Positions 33,811 through 44,227 of a DNA stretch of 46,626 bases are shown here, one piece after another; position 1 is the stretch's first letter, and each line of letters starts with the position of its first letter. A model generated the notes under the pieces. That model made no database searches, was not told where the DNA came from, and was given only the letters and a program-made list of their open reading frames with translations. The stretch spans positions 1 through 46,626 of the forward strand of contig JBDRNT010000128.1 in assembly GCA_043810925.1 (NCBI GenBank), given 5' to 3'. Position numbers and translations under genes: made by a program. The stretch comes from Candidatus Eiseniibacteriota bacterium (GTDB lineage: Bacteria > Arandabacterota > Arandabacteria > Arandabacterales > Arandabacteraceae).

Positions 33811-36800
33811 ATGAACACTGCCGGGGGACCGATCCGACGCCCCGTCTTAACTTCAGTCATGTTTGTCATCATAATCGTCCTTGGCCTGGTGTCGCTTTCG
33901 AGGCTCTCGATCGACCTCATGCCAGAGGTCACCTATCCCACCATCTCCGTCGTCACGAGCTACGGCAATGTAGGTCCGCAGGAGATGGAGGAGCTGGTTA
34001 CGCGGCCCATTGAGGAGGCAGTGGCGGCAGTTCAGGGCGTGGAGGAAATCACATCGACATCGACCGAGGGGCGGAGCATGGTCAGGGTGGCATTCGGTTG
34101 GGGCACAGACCTCGATGTCGCTGCGAACGATATCCGCGACCGTATCGACCGGACATTAGGGCGACTGCCGGAAGACATCGAAAGACCGATGATCCGTAAG
34201 TTCGACCTCTCGGCCTTCCCAATTCTGATAATGGGTGTATCGGGCAGCATGAACCCGCTCGATCTGCGCCAGATTGTTGAAGACCAGGTCAAGTACCGAC
34301 TGGAGCGCGTGCCCGGTGTGGCCGCCGTGGACATCTGGGGCGGTCTGATGCGGGAGATTCACGTCGATCTCCGGGCCGCACACCTTAAGGCCCTCGGTCT
34401 TTCCACGGACAATATCCTTGCAGCCCTGCAAAATGAAAACCGGAATATACCCGCGGGACTATTTGAGAAGGGCAACTCGGAGGTTCTGGTAAGGACACAG
34501 GGTGAATTCAGCTCGCTGGAGGAAATCGAGAATACGGTTGTCGCGATGCGCGAGGGAACACCCATCCAGGTCCGGGACATTGCCGACGTCGTAGATTCCT
34601 GGGAGGAAGTGCGACAGATCATACGCATCGACGGCGAGCCGGGAGTTCGGGTCTCGATCAACAAACAGTCGGGTGCAAATACGGTCAAGGTAGCTCAGGC
34701 CGTCAATGCCGAGATCGACCGGATCAACCGTGATCTGCCCCAACTCAGATTGATCCCGCTCATCGACACATCCAAATACATTAAACAGTCTATCAATAAC
34801 GTGGGCAGGGCCCTGGTCTTAGGTGGCATACTGGCAATCATCGTTCTTTTCCTGTTCCTGCGAAGCGTCTCCAGTACGGCCATTATCGCCACTGCCATTC
34901 CCATTTGCCTGCTCGCAACTTTCGGGCTCATGTATTTCAGCGGTTTCACGCTGAATATCATGACCTTCGGGGGCTTGGCCCTCGGCATCGGTATGCTCTT
35001 AGACAGCGCTATCGTTGTGCTTGAAAACATCTATCGCCACAGGGAGCAGGGGACCTCGGCCGAGAAAAGCGCCCTCGATGGGACGGGCGAGGTATCCTCG
35101 GCGATTCTGGCAAGCGTGCTTACCACAATCGTCGTTTTCCTGCCGGTCGTCTTCATGCGCGGTATCGCCGGCATAATGTACCAGCAGCTGGCCTACGTGG
35201 TGAGTTTCGCGCTGCTCTGCTCGCTCGTCGTCGCGCTCACGTTGATCCCCATGCTTTCGTCAAGGTTCCTCCGCCACAGACCGTCAGGTCAGACGAATAC
35301 CGGCGGGCCGCTGAGGAAACTCTATGCCACGAGCGAGAATGCACTTCGCACAATCGAGCAGAGGTATGCCGGTCTCCTTAAGTGGGCGCTCGGTCATCGA
35401 AGGAGCGTGGTCACGGTTTCTGCTCTCCTGTTTGGTGTTTCCGTCGTGTTGATCCGGTTGATCGGCGTCGAGCTGATACCAACCGCCGACGAGGGTGAGG
35501 TCCGCATCGACCTGGAAATGGCGGTCGGGACCCGCCTTGAGATCATCAATGAAACCACACGGGCTGTGGAGAATGTCGTACGAAGCGAGGTGCCCGAAAT
35601 GGTTTCCATACTGACCCGGGCCGGTGGTGGGGGCTGGGGTTCAAGCGGCGGCCATACAGCCCAGGTTCGGGTGACTCTGGTGCCCAAGGGCGACCGCAGC
35701 CGGAGCAGTGAACAGGTGGCCAACGATCTCAGGAAATCGTTACAGGGCTTCCCCGGGCTGACGGCCCGGACGCGTGCCGGTCAGGGACTCTTTATGCTGC
35801 GGCTGGGATCATCGAGTGACGACAACGTAAGCGTGGACGTGCGCGGCTACGACCTCAGGGCCGCTCACGAACTCGCGGTAAGAGTGGAACAGGTGGTCCG
35901 TGATGTCCCCGGAATCACCGATACGAGGGTCAGCCGTGAGGAGGGTAACCCCGAGCAGGTTATCCAGATCGACCGGCAAAAAGCAGCTGACTTAGGCCTC
36001 ACCGTGTCGCGTATCGGCGAGACGCTGGAGACCGCGGTCGGGGGGACCCACGCGTCATACTTCCGCGAGCGCGGCAAGCAGTATCGCATCCTTGTTCGAC
36101 TCAGCGAGGAAGATCGTCGAGAGCTTGATGATCTTCTGGATCTTACGGTCGTCAACAACCGTGGGGAATCGGTTATCCTGAGGAACGTCGTCAATACCGT
36201 CCCAAGAGAGGGCCCGGTCAGGCTGGAACGAAAAGACCAGGAGCGAACGATCACGATAAGTGCCAACTTCACAGGCCGGGACATGGGCTCTGTGATCGCA
36301 GATATTCGAAATGGACTTCGATCCGTACCCGTGCCCAAGGATTTCGCAATCCTCTTCGGCGGCGATTATGAAGAGCAGCAGAAGGCGTTTCGCGAACTGA
36401 TGCTCGGGCTGGTGCTTGCGATCCTGCTTGTCTATCTTGTGATGGCAGGCCAGTTCGAGTCCCTGAGGGATCCCTTCGTAGTTCTCTTCTCTATCCCGAT
36501 GGCAATAACCGGGATCGTAGTGATAATGATTCTGACTAAAACGATCTTCAGCATGCAGGCTTTTATCGGGTGTATCATGCTCGCAGGCATAGTCGTGAAC
36601 AATGCCATCCTTCTGGTGGATTATACCAACCGGTTGCGCAGAGAGGCAGGGATGGATCTCATGAGTGCCATCAGTCTGGCCGGTTCGCGCCGTCTGCGGC
36701 CCATCCTTATGACCGCATCAACCACCGTCCTGGGGCTGCTTCCGCTTTCCCTGGGCCTGGGCGAAGGCGGTGAGGCGCAGGCCCCCTTGGCCAGAGTCGT

Positions 36801-36927
36801 AATCGGAGGGCTCATAAGCTCCACACTGATAACCCTTGTGCTCATACCGGTCGTATATAGCATCTTCGAGCGGAAATCGAAAACCACCCGGCGAGGAGGT
36901 GACGAAAGTGCCCGAGCATCCACTTAA
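33811..36927 (+). CDS. RND efflux permease (AcrB/AcrD/AcrF family)
   Basis: [48 protein letters not shown]; 1038 aa. Confidence 0.96.
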   Translation: MNTAGGPIRRPVLTSVMFVIIIVLGLVSLSRLSIDLMPEVTYPTISVVTSYGNVGPQEMEELVTRPIEEAVAAVQGVEEITSTSTEGRSMVRVAFGWGTDLDVAANDIRDRIDRTLGRLPEDIERPMIRKFDLSAFPILIMGVSGSMNPLDLRQIVEDQVKYRLERVPGVAAVDIWGGLMREIHVDLRAAHLKALGLSTDNILAALQNENRNIPAGLFEKGNSEVLVRTQGEFSSLEEIENTVVAMREGTPIQVRDIADVVDSWEEVRQIIRIDGEPGVRVSINKQSGANTVKVAQAVNAEIDRINRDLPQLRLIPLIDTSKYIKQSINNVGRALVLGGILAIIVLFLFLRSVSSTAIIATAIPICLLATFGLMYFSGFTLNIMTFGGLALGIGMLLDSAIVVLENIYRHREQGTSAEKSALDGTGEVSSAILASVLTTIVVFLPVVFMRGIAGIMYQQLAYVVSFALLCSLVVALTLIPMLSSRFLRHRPSGQTNTGGPLRKLYATSENALRTIEQRYAGLLKWALGHRRSVVTVSALLFGVSVVLIRLIGVELIPTADEGEVRIDLEMAVGTRLEIINETTRAVENVVRSEVPEMVSILTRAGGGGWGSSGGHTAQVRVTLVPKGDRSRSSEQVANDLRKSLQGFPGLTARTRAGQGLFMLRLGSSSDDNVSVDVRGYDLRAAHELAVRVEQVVRDVPGITDTRVSREEGNPEQVIQIDRQKAADLGLTVSRIGETLETAVGGTHASYFRERGKQYRILVRLSEEDRRELDDLLDLTVVNNRGESVILRNVVNTVPREGPVRLERKDQERTITISANFTGRDMGSVIADIRNGLRSVPVPKDFAILFGGDYEEQQKAFRELMLGLVLAILLVYLVMAGQFESLRDPFVVLFSIPMAITGIVVIMILTKTIFSMQAFIGCIMLAGIVVNNAILLVDYTNRLRREAGMDLMSAISLAGSRRLRPILMTASTTVLGLLPLSLGLGEGGEAQAPLARVVIGGLISSTLITLVLIPVVYSIFERKSKTTRRGGDESARAST

Positions 36928-37210
36928 GGTCTTTGAGGACCTCGATCCGGAGCTCCTGAAGCTCGTTCGGGAGACCGGTGAGTTTGCGATGGCCGACGGG
37001 GCCCTGCCCAAGAAGTTCAAACTCCTTATCGCAATGGCCCTTGATGCGGCTCATGGTGCAGTCGGAGGAGTTGAAGCCCTGGCCCGGGAAGCAATGACAG
37101 CCGGTGCCACGAAGGCAGAGGTCGCAGAGGCGCTGAGAGTAGCCCAGTACGTATGCGGGGTTGGAAGCATCTACACTGCGGCCCATGCACTGAAGGGAAT
37201 ACTGAAATAG
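36908..37210 (+). CDS. Carboxymuconolactone decarboxylase/AhpD-like protein
   Basis: [41 protein letters not shown] before GTG 36908; no CxxC. Confidence 0.85.
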   Translation: MPEHPLKVFEDLDPELLKLVRETGEFAMADGALPKKFKLLIAMALDAAHGAVGGVEALAREAMTAGATKAEVAEALRVAQYVCGVGSIYTAAHALKGILK

Positions 37211-37219
37211 AGATCAAAT

Positions 37220-37256
37220 GAGGGGGACAGCCACCGGAAACGGCGGCTGCCCCCTC
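37220..37256. terminator. GC-rich hairpin between convergent genes (terminator or REP-like element)
   Basis: GAGGGGGACAGCCACCG-GAAA-CGGCGGCTGCCCCCTC followed by GTTTCT. Confidence 0.7.
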
Positions 37257-37278
37257 GTTTCTATCCGCTGCCTGTCAG

Positions 37279-39507
37279 CTACCTCAGAAGCAACATCTTG
37301 TGCGTGATCTGGCGGTTACCCTTGGTCAGGCGGTAGAAGTAAACGCCTGCGGGTAGATCGCGACCTGCGCGATCCTGTCCCGACCACGTAGCGCTGTGCG
37401 TTCCTGCATGTTCCACCGCGTCAACCAGCGTGCTGACCGAGCGGCCCGTAACGTCGAAGATCTCAAGCGTCACATGGCCCTGCGTGGCCAGGTTAAACCG
37501 GATGTTCGTCGATGAGCTGAACGGATTCGGCACATTCTGGTGAAGTCCGAACGACTCGGGAGCAACATCTTCACTCCGCGTTCCGCTTGTCGGCTCGTTC
37601 ATCAGCGCGAACGCCAGGTCGATCGAGTGCGGGTACAACCCATGATCCGGCGGGTATCTGAGCTCGAACCATGGACCGAAATAGGGCTCCGGTCCGTTTC
37701 CCCACACGGCGTCATCGTTCCAGTGCTCATCCGAGGTCTTCCAGCCGAAACTGGCTCCAGGATCATGCGGATATGCCTGGACATCCAGCCAGTAGGTTAT
37801 CGGATTGGCCTCCGTCCCCTGCTGGAAGTACGCTTCCTCAACAGGCACATAGAACCTGTAGAGCCAGCATGTCCAGTCGGCCGGCCACCAGTATTCGTCC
37901 GGCGGATTCATCCAGCCCTCGAAGATGCTGTCGGCGTAGACCGACACGTCGAAGTCCCCGGCGGCAAAGTACCGAAACCACTCAAAGTCTCCGGGCATAC
38001 TGTACCCGGTTGAGCTCTCGCTATCGGGAATGTCCTTGTGAATGCTCAGGACAAAATCCACGGCCGCAGGATCATCCCCGAATGGGTACCAGTCATCGAC
38101 CCAGGATCCCCAGACCCAGATTTCGGTGATTCTCCCGGGCTCGGTGCAGCGGTAGTCGTCTGCGAGGATGTACGGACTAGTCGCATTGACATCTATACCG
38201 TAGTCCGAGAGATCGGGGCGCTGTATCCACTTAAACGCCTGCCACTCCTCGATGTAGACCTCGTGGTCCTCAACCTCGCCATCGCTGGCGGGTCCGACCG
38301 GCGGGAGGCCGCCTATGCTGCTGATACGGAAGCGTGCGAAGGTCTGGCCAATAACCGCAGTACCGGGGGTTGTTACATTAACCATATGCATACCGGCGGC
38401 GAACCAGCCGGCCACGATAAGCTCGGCGGCATCCCAGGTCCGGCTGCCGTCAAAATCGATCCAGGCCTCGACGACACCACCGGTACCGGCACCCCCATCG
38501 TTGACCTCGAACGTTATGGCCGAGGTTCCACCCTGCATGAGGATGGGAATCATAACGCCGTCTTCATCGTCGTTGAGATCGAAGACATCATCACCAAGAC
38601 CGTTGGGATCGGGCTGGCCGTCAGGCTCCCCATCCGGAGAGTCGGCCGCGTCACCGAGCCACGGGCCGGAAATCACGTGCCTGGCGCCATTGTGGATCGC
38701 AAGCGTGGGATAGCCCGGAACCAACGGTGAATCGGGTGCATCACCCCAGTCCTCTTCCTGCGATTCCTCTCCGACAATCACGAATGCCAGATCGATCGTG
38801 TCCGGGTATAAGTCATGATCGGGCGGATAATAGAGCGGCCACCACGGGCCGGGATAGGGTTCCATTCCAAAACCATAAACTGCGGCATCGTTCCAGTGCT
38901 GGTATGAGGTCTTCCAGCCGAAGTGCGTCTGGTCATCAAATGGATGGGCCTGTACATCCAGCCAGTAGACGATCGGATCTTCCGGAGTGCCCTGCTGGTA
39001 GAACTGCTCGCCCGCAGGAATAGGGAAGTTGTATTGCCAGATGACCCAGTCCGCGGGAAACAGGTATTCTTCAGGCGGATTCAGCCAGCCTTCCCATGTT
39101 GTATCGCTATAGACCCTCCATGTAAACTCCCCCGGCCTAAAGGTGTGTACCCAGCGATCCGGGCCCGGCATACTGTATCCTTGGGGATTCAATGAGTCGG
39201 GAATGTCATCATGGATGCTCAGCGTAAAGATCACTGAATCGGGCACTCCCATCGGGAGATAGTCATTGAACCATGACCCCCAAATGTGGATATTGGTTAT
39301 GTAACCACTCTCCGTACACTCGAAGTCGTCAGCAAGAATGTACATGGTCCCATTCCAATCCAACCCGGCACACACATCGATGCCAAGGTTGGTCCCATCC
39401 GGAAGCTGAACCCACTTGGCCGGCTGACTTGGATCCCAGTCGGCCGACACCACCCCGACACACGCCAACACCACAATTGCAGATATCACTGCTATCTTCC
39501 TTGCCAT
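37279..39507 (-). CDS. Secreted protein: two copies of a KWxQxPD beta-domain flanking a GEVED domain, C-terminal FlgD-Ig/T9SS-like domain
   Basis: Signal peptide; DWGDAP...DEDG...AWIDF...ARFR...GEVEDH; duplicated ~215 aa domain; QNVPNPF...DVTGR...AGVYFYRL...KMLLLR. Confidence 0.88.
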   Translation of the reverse strand: MARKIAVISAIVVLACVGVVSADWDPSQPAKWVQLPDGTNLGIDVCAGLDWNGTMYILADDFECTESGYITNIHIWGSWFNDYLPMGVPDSVIFTLSIHDDIPDSLNPQGYSMPGPDRWVHTFRPGEFTWRVYSDTTWEGWLNPPEEYLFPADWVIWQYNFPIPAGEQFYQQGTPEDPIVYWLDVQAHPFDDQTHFGWKTSYQHWNDAAVYGFGMEPYPGPWWPLYYPPDHDLYPDTIDLAFVIVGEESQEEDWGDAPDSPLVPGYPTLAIHNGARHVISGPWLGDAADSPDGEPDGQPDPNGLGDDVFDLNDDEDGVMIPILMQGGTSAITFEVNDGGAGTGGVVEAWIDFDGSRTWDAAELIVAGWFAAGMHMVNVTTPGTAVIGQTFARFRISSIGGLPPVGPASDGEVEDHEVYIEEWQAFKWIQRPDLSDYGIDVNATSPYILADDYRCTEPGRITEIWVWGSWVDDWYPFGDDPAAVDFVLSIHKDIPDSESSTGYSMPGDFEWFRYFAAGDFDVSVYADSIFEGWMNPPDEYWWPADWTCWLYRFYVPVEEAYFQQGTEANPITYWLDVQAYPHDPGASFGWKTSDEHWNDDAVWGNGPEPYFGPWFELRYPPDHGLYPHSIDLAFALMNEPTSGTRSEDVAPESFGLHQNVPNPFSSSTNIRFNLATQGHVTLEIFDVTGRSVSTLVDAVEHAGTHSATWSGQDRAGRDLPAGVYFYRLTKGNRQITHKMLLLR

Positions 39508-39720
39508 GCTCTCCCCCTTCCTGCGTCCTTCGACGACCTCGCATCCGGCCTGAGCCACCGTAGCTCCATATCCAACCGGAAACGCGGCTTGAATCCAGAG
39601 CATCAGATGAGAGCAATTGCGAACTCACCGACCCGCAAGGGCACCGAGGGTTTGTGTTCTGACCTGGTGGTGCTCCTCCCCAGGTCGGTATGGGTCGCGT
39701 CTTGCTCTAACTCCGCGGAG

Positions 39721-39748
39721 ATTATACCACAGGAAACGCTCCAGTCAA
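39721..39748 (-). promoter_or_regulatory. Putative sigma70 promoter for the GEVED gene, implying a ~200 nt leader
   Basis: Minus strand TTGACT, 16 nt, TATAAT with TG extended -10. Confidence 0.65.
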
Positions 39749-39802
39749 GCCATAACAGGGCTATCCGGCGACTATCCTCTGGAAATTCACGCCATTCCTG
39801 CT

Positions 39803-40519
39803 ATGATCTGGCGACAATCGGAACAGGCAACCGGGCGACGTGGAGGAATAACCCTGAAAACCGTCCTTGGGATCATCTCCGTTATAGGGTCCATCGCCTA
39901 CGGTTTGACTGTGATCCTCATGTATCAGACCGGGATGTTTGAGATCCCCCACTTTAAGGCCGCATTCATCGGGTTTATCGCAGGTGCCGTGCTCTGGCTG
40001 GTACTGGGACGGCGACTCAACTTCTTCGGCGTCTTCGAACACGAGCTCACACATCTTGTCTTCAGCCTCCTCATGTTCCAAAAGCCGTCGAGCTTCTACG
40101 CATCAGAAAGACGCGGCCACGTAGCCTGCGACAGGGGCAATTTCATCGATGGGTTGGCCCCTTACTTCTTCCCGACGTTTTCATATGTCCTTCTTGCGCT
40201 CTATCCGCTCCTAAAGCCGTCGGCGCATGGAGTCTTCTTTCCGCTCCTGGGCTTCCTTACCGGTTACCACATCATCTCAAACATCGCCGAGTTTAAGCCG
40301 CGGGAATCCGACATAAGGAAATGCGGCACACTCTTTTCCTTTGTGTTCTGCCTGTTCGCCGGTATCGTAACGTTCGGTTTTCTGCTGGCGTTTGTGATTG
40401 GGGGCTTCGGTGGAGGGTTGAGGTTTCTCTTAACAGGAGTGATTCAAGTCGGTACCATGGTTCTCTTCGTCGCCGGATCCATTCAGAACCTGATCTCGGG
40501 TCCATCCACGCCTCCGTAG
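39803..40519 (+). CDS. Membrane zinc metallopeptidase-like protein (M50-like)
   Basis: Several TM segments, HELTH, APYFFP, SD; start uncertain (ATG 39803 or CTG 39854 after GGAGG). Confidence 0.75.
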   Translation: MIWRQSEQATGRRGGITLKTVLGIISVIGSIAYGLTVILMYQTGMFEIPHFKAAFIGFIAGAVLWLVLGRRLNFFGVFEHELTHLVFSLLMFQKPSSFYASERRGHVACDRGNFIDGLAPYFFPTFSYVLLALYPLLKPSAHGVFFPLLGFLTGYHIISNIAEFKPRESDIRKCGTLFSFVFCLFAGIVTFGFLLAFVIGGFGGGLRFLLTGVIQVGTMVLFVAGSIQNLISGPSTPP

Positions 40520-40597
40520 ATAGGGCGTCGCTTAAGCCTTCACTTGATACTGCGGAGTTCCTGAGTTATTGTGGTTTCATTGAAAAAGGAGGATACG

Positions 40598-41173
40598 ATG
40601 AAGGTACTCACCATCATGGGAAGCCCGAGAGAGGGCGGCAGCACCGCTACGATGCTCGGGTGGCTCGAAGAGGAACTGCACAAACTGGGTCACGAGGTTG
40701 ATCATGTCAGTGTCATAGGCAAGAAGATCGGCGGTTGTGTCGAGTGCTATGCCTGCCAGGCTCCGGGAGCCGGTTTCGCCTGCGCCCAGAGGGATGACGC
40801 AAATGCCATTCTTGATAAGATGGAATCATCGGATGCGGTTGTGGTTGCCACGCCGCTTTTCTGCTGGGGCTTCTCGGGCCAGATCAAGCCCCTGATTGAC
40901 CGGATGCTGAGCCAGGTAAACGGTTTTGGCACACCCGAGCAGACCTCTTCCGTTAAAGGCAAGCCGCTCGCACTTCTTTCAACCTGTGGAGGTCCCATTG
41001 AGGGAAATGCGGAGCTCTTGATTGAAACCTTCAAACGTATAGGGGCGTTCGTCAAGGGGAATACCGTCGGCACGCTTGTCATCCCGGGCTGTAACCCGGC
41101 TAACCCTCCCGGCGATGCCGCCAAACAGCAAGTCTGCGAGCTTGCCCGGGCAATCACAGGCGGCTCGGCATAG
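40598..41173 (+). CDS. Flavodoxin family / iron-sulfur flavoprotein (Isf-like)
   Basis: GSPREGGST, CxxCxxC-x7-C, ATPLFCWG, K.LIDR; AGGAGG RBS before ATG 40598. Confidence 0.92.
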   Translation: MKVLTIMGSPREGGSTATMLGWLEEELHKLGHEVDHVSVIGKKIGGCVECYACQAPGAGFACAQRDDANAILDKMESSDAVVVATPLFCWGFSGQIKPLIDRMLSQVNGFGTPEQTSSVKGKPLALLSTCGGPIEGNAELLIETFKRIGAFVKGNTVGTLVIPGCNPANPPGDAAKQQVCELARAITGGSA

Positions 41174-41205
41174 GGTGACTATCCTGGCACCGGAGGGCAG
41201 TTCCC

Positions 41206-44181
41206 ATGTTTCCGGAAGACAACGACCGGCTGGACGAGACCAGGTCATTTAAGACCCTCTCCCCCGGCACCTTGATTTCTCACTACAAGATCATCGAGAA
41301 GATCGGTGCGGGCGGCATGGGCGTGGTCTACAAGGCCGAGGACACCAAACTCAGGCGAACCGTTGCGCTTAAGTTCCTGCCACCCCGGTTCCTGTCCGAC
41401 AGCGAGGCCAGGGCGCGGTTCGAGCAGGAAGCCCAATCGGCATCGGCCTTGAACCATCCCAATATCACCACGATCTACGAGATTGATGAGGCCGGCGGAC
41501 GGAGCTTTATAGCGATGGAGTGCGTGGATGGAAAGTCTATAAGAACCCTCATTACGGAAGGCGCCCTCTCGCTTGATGAGATTATGGACATATGCGTTCA
41601 GATCGGGAAGGGTATCGATGCAGCCCATGCGAAGGGCGTCGTCCACCGGGACATAAAGTCGGACAACATCAAGGTGGGCACCGATGGTGTTGTCAAGATC
41701 ATGGATTTCGGTCTTGCGAAGCTTAAAGGTGTCACCAAGCTCACCCAGGAAGGTACAACCGTGGGCACACTCCAGTACATGTCACCTGAACAGGTACAGG
41801 CCAAGGAGGTCGACCGGAGAAGTGATATCTTCTCCTTCGGTGTGGTCTTGTACGAGATGATAACCGGACGGCTGCCTTTCAAGGGTGAGGATGAGGCTGC
41901 AGTTCTTAATTCGATCCTGAACGAAACTCCTGAACCGCTTGCGAGGTACAAGGCGGATGTCCCCGACGGTCTTCAGAGGATCGTCGATAAGGCCCTGGCA
42001 AAGGACAGGGAAGAGCGATACCAGCATGCCGACGAGCTGGTGGCCGATCTTAAGCGGGACCGGCGTGTTTCAGACCACACGGCTCCGCGAACCGCCACCC
42101 GCATGCAACCTGTTGCCAAGCCTAAGAAAAGGACTCTCCGGCTTGCAGCGCTTTTCGCAGTCATCGCCGCCATAATCATCCTCTATTTCGTATTCGAACC
42201 TTTCCGGATCGAGATGGGTCCCGACAGGGCCGCGATTGCACAAGAGAACTCACTTGCGATCATGTATTTCGAGAACATGACCGATCCCGAGGATACTGAC
42301 CGAACCGGCCAGATGGTAACGGCACTCCTCATAACCGACCTCTCCGAATCTGAGTACATGCGCGTCGTAAGCCGCCAGCGGCTCTATGACATTCTGGTGC
42401 GACTCGGTAAAGAGGGCCAGAAAACCATAGACAAATCCGTTGCTTCCCGGGTCGCGACCGAGGCAGGTGTTAAGTGGATACTTACCGGGACGGTGCTCCA
42501 GCTCGAACCTCACATTATTCTGACTTCTGAGATTTCAGAGGCCGAGACGGGTGAGATCCTTGCAACCCAGCGCGTGACAGGTGACAGTGGCGAAGACCTG
42601 TTTGCCGTAATCGACAGGCTCACGGCGGAAGTCCGCAAAGACATGACGCTTCCCGAAGAGGCAAGAACGGAGGTGGACAGACCAATCGCTGAATTCACCA
42701 CCCACTCCGAGGAAGCGTACCGCTACTTTCTCGAGGGTCGGGTTCTCCATGACAAGTATTACGTCAACGAAGCTAAAGTGAGTTACAGGAAGGCCGTCGA
42801 GCACGACTCCACTTTCGCCATGGCACTTTACTTCCTGTCGACACTTACCGTGGGCGAGGAGAGTCGTGATCTGGCCGATAGAGCTCTCAAGTACTCAGCC
42901 GATGCCAGTAGGATGGAACGTTTATACATAGAATCCTATCATACATTTCTGGCCCATGACTACGAGGAGACGATTCGAAAGCTCCAGCAGATAATCGACC
43001 GCTGGCCGGACGAGAAGATGACGCATTTCACAATGGCAGTGATTTACAACGGGATGCTCGGGAAGCCCGAGCTGGCCATAAAGCACTGCAAGCGAACACT
43101 TGAAATCGACCCGTTTTATAAGCGGGCGTATAACCAGATGGCATACGCTTATGACAGGATAGGTGATCGTGACAGCTCGCTCTGGGCCATCAACAACTAC
43201 ATCGACCTCGCACCCGATGAAGCCAACCCTTACGACACCCGGGGCGATCTCTATGGTTACTGCGGCCGGCTCGATGAGGCTCTGGCATCATACAAGAAAG
43301 CAGATGAGATCAAGCCCGGTTTCTCAACCTTGAAGATCGGGCACACCTACCTTTTCAAGCGCCAGTATGCCCAGGCCGAGAGCTGTTACAAGGTAGTCGC
43401 ATCCGGAGACGACAAGTGGGACCGCAGTGAGGCCAGGACCTACCTTGCGGTTGTGCCGCTTTACCAGGGCAAGTTTGATGAGGCCATTAGAGTTCTGGAT
43501 AACGGAATCGCTGCCGACCAGATGGAGCAAACGCTGAGAATTTCAAATGCCGACAAGCATCGTCTTGCAGCCACTATTTATGTAGAACGCGGGGATTATG
43601 CCAGGGCCATTGAGGAAGCTGAGCGCCGAAGACAGGTCTTGATGTCTGCTAATCCCGAGAACCCAGCCTACGTAGCAGATTTCTCCGCATACGTGCTGGC
43701 ACAGGCCGGCAGAATAGAAGAAGCCGAGGAGGTGCTGGAAGCCCTCGAGAGCCGGCTCGAGAGAGATGGCATAAAGCCGTCACATTCCTTCTGGCTGGAA
43801 CAGGGTAACGTTGCCAGGGCGAGGCAGGAACTGGGACAGGCAATTACTCACTTCGAGAAGGCTCTCGATCTGGCTATCGACCCATACTTCCACGTTCGCT
43901 CGATCCTCGGCGAAGCCTACCTCGAAGCCGGAGAACTTGACCAGGCGGTGGCTGTTCTCAGTCAAGCGCTCCTTAGATATGACGAAAGCCGTGCGTTGGT
44001 ACCGATCCAGGCAGTGAAAACCCACTACATCCTCGGACTTGCCTACGAGAAATCGGGCTGGAAGAGCAAAGCCATAGAACAGTATGAGACCTTCCTCGAC
44101 ATTTGGAAGGACGCCGATCCGGGAATCCCTATCATCGAGGAGGCTCGTCAGAGAGTCGCTCGTCTTAAGAGCGGAGCGTAA
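41206..44181 (+). CDS. Hanks-type Ser/Thr kinase with TM segment, TolB-N/CsgG-like domain and TPRs
   Basis: IGAGGMGVVY, VALKFL, HRDIKSDN, DFG, YMSPEQ, SDIFSFG; TM; SLAIMYFEN; TPR repeats. Confidence 0.93.
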   Translation: MFPEDNDRLDETRSFKTLSPGTLISHYKIIEKIGAGGMGVVYKAEDTKLRRTVALKFLPPRFLSDSEARARFEQEAQSASALNHPNITTIYEIDEAGGRSFIAMECVDGKSIRTLITEGALSLDEIMDICVQIGKGIDAAHAKGVVHRDIKSDNIKVGTDGVVKIMDFGLAKLKGVTKLTQEGTTVGTLQYMSPEQVQAKEVDRRSDIFSFGVVLYEMITGRLPFKGEDEAAVLNSILNETPEPLARYKADVPDGLQRIVDKALAKDREERYQHADELVADLKRDRRVSDHTAPRTATRMQPVAKPKKRTLRLAALFAVIAAIIILYFVFEPFRIEMGPDRAAIAQENSLAIMYFENMTDPEDTDRTGQMVTALLITDLSESEYMRVVSRQRLYDILVRLGKEGQKTIDKSVASRVATEAGVKWILTGTVLQLEPHIILTSEISEAETGEILATQRVTGDSGEDLFAVIDRLTAEVRKDMTLPEEARTEVDRPIAEFTTHSEEAYRYFLEGRVLHDKYYVNEAKVSYRKAVEHDSTFAMALYFLSTLTVGEESRDLADRALKYSADASRMERLYIESYHTFLAHDYEETIRKLQQIIDRWPDEKMTHFTMAVIYNGMLGKPELAIKHCKRTLEIDPFYKRAYNQMAYAYDRIGDRDSSLWAINNYIDLAPDEANPYDTRGDLYGYCGRLDEALASYKKADEIKPGFSTLKIGHTYLFKRQYAQAESCYKVVASGDDKWDRSEARTYLAVVPLYQGKFDEAIRVLDNGIAADQMEQTLRISNADKHRLAATIYVERGDYARAIEEAERRRQVLMSANPENPAYVADFSAYVLAQAGRIEEAEEVLEALESRLERDGIKPSHSFWLEQGNVARARQELGQAITHFEKALDLAIDPYFHVRSILGEAYLEAGELDQAVAVLSQALLRYDESRALVPIQAVKTHYILGLAYEKSGWKSKAIEQYETFLDIWKDADPGIPIIEEARQRVARLKSGA

Positions 44182-44227
44182 GCCCCGGAGTCCGCTTTCC
44201 CGACCTGGTGCTCCCGTCCCGCCGTGC

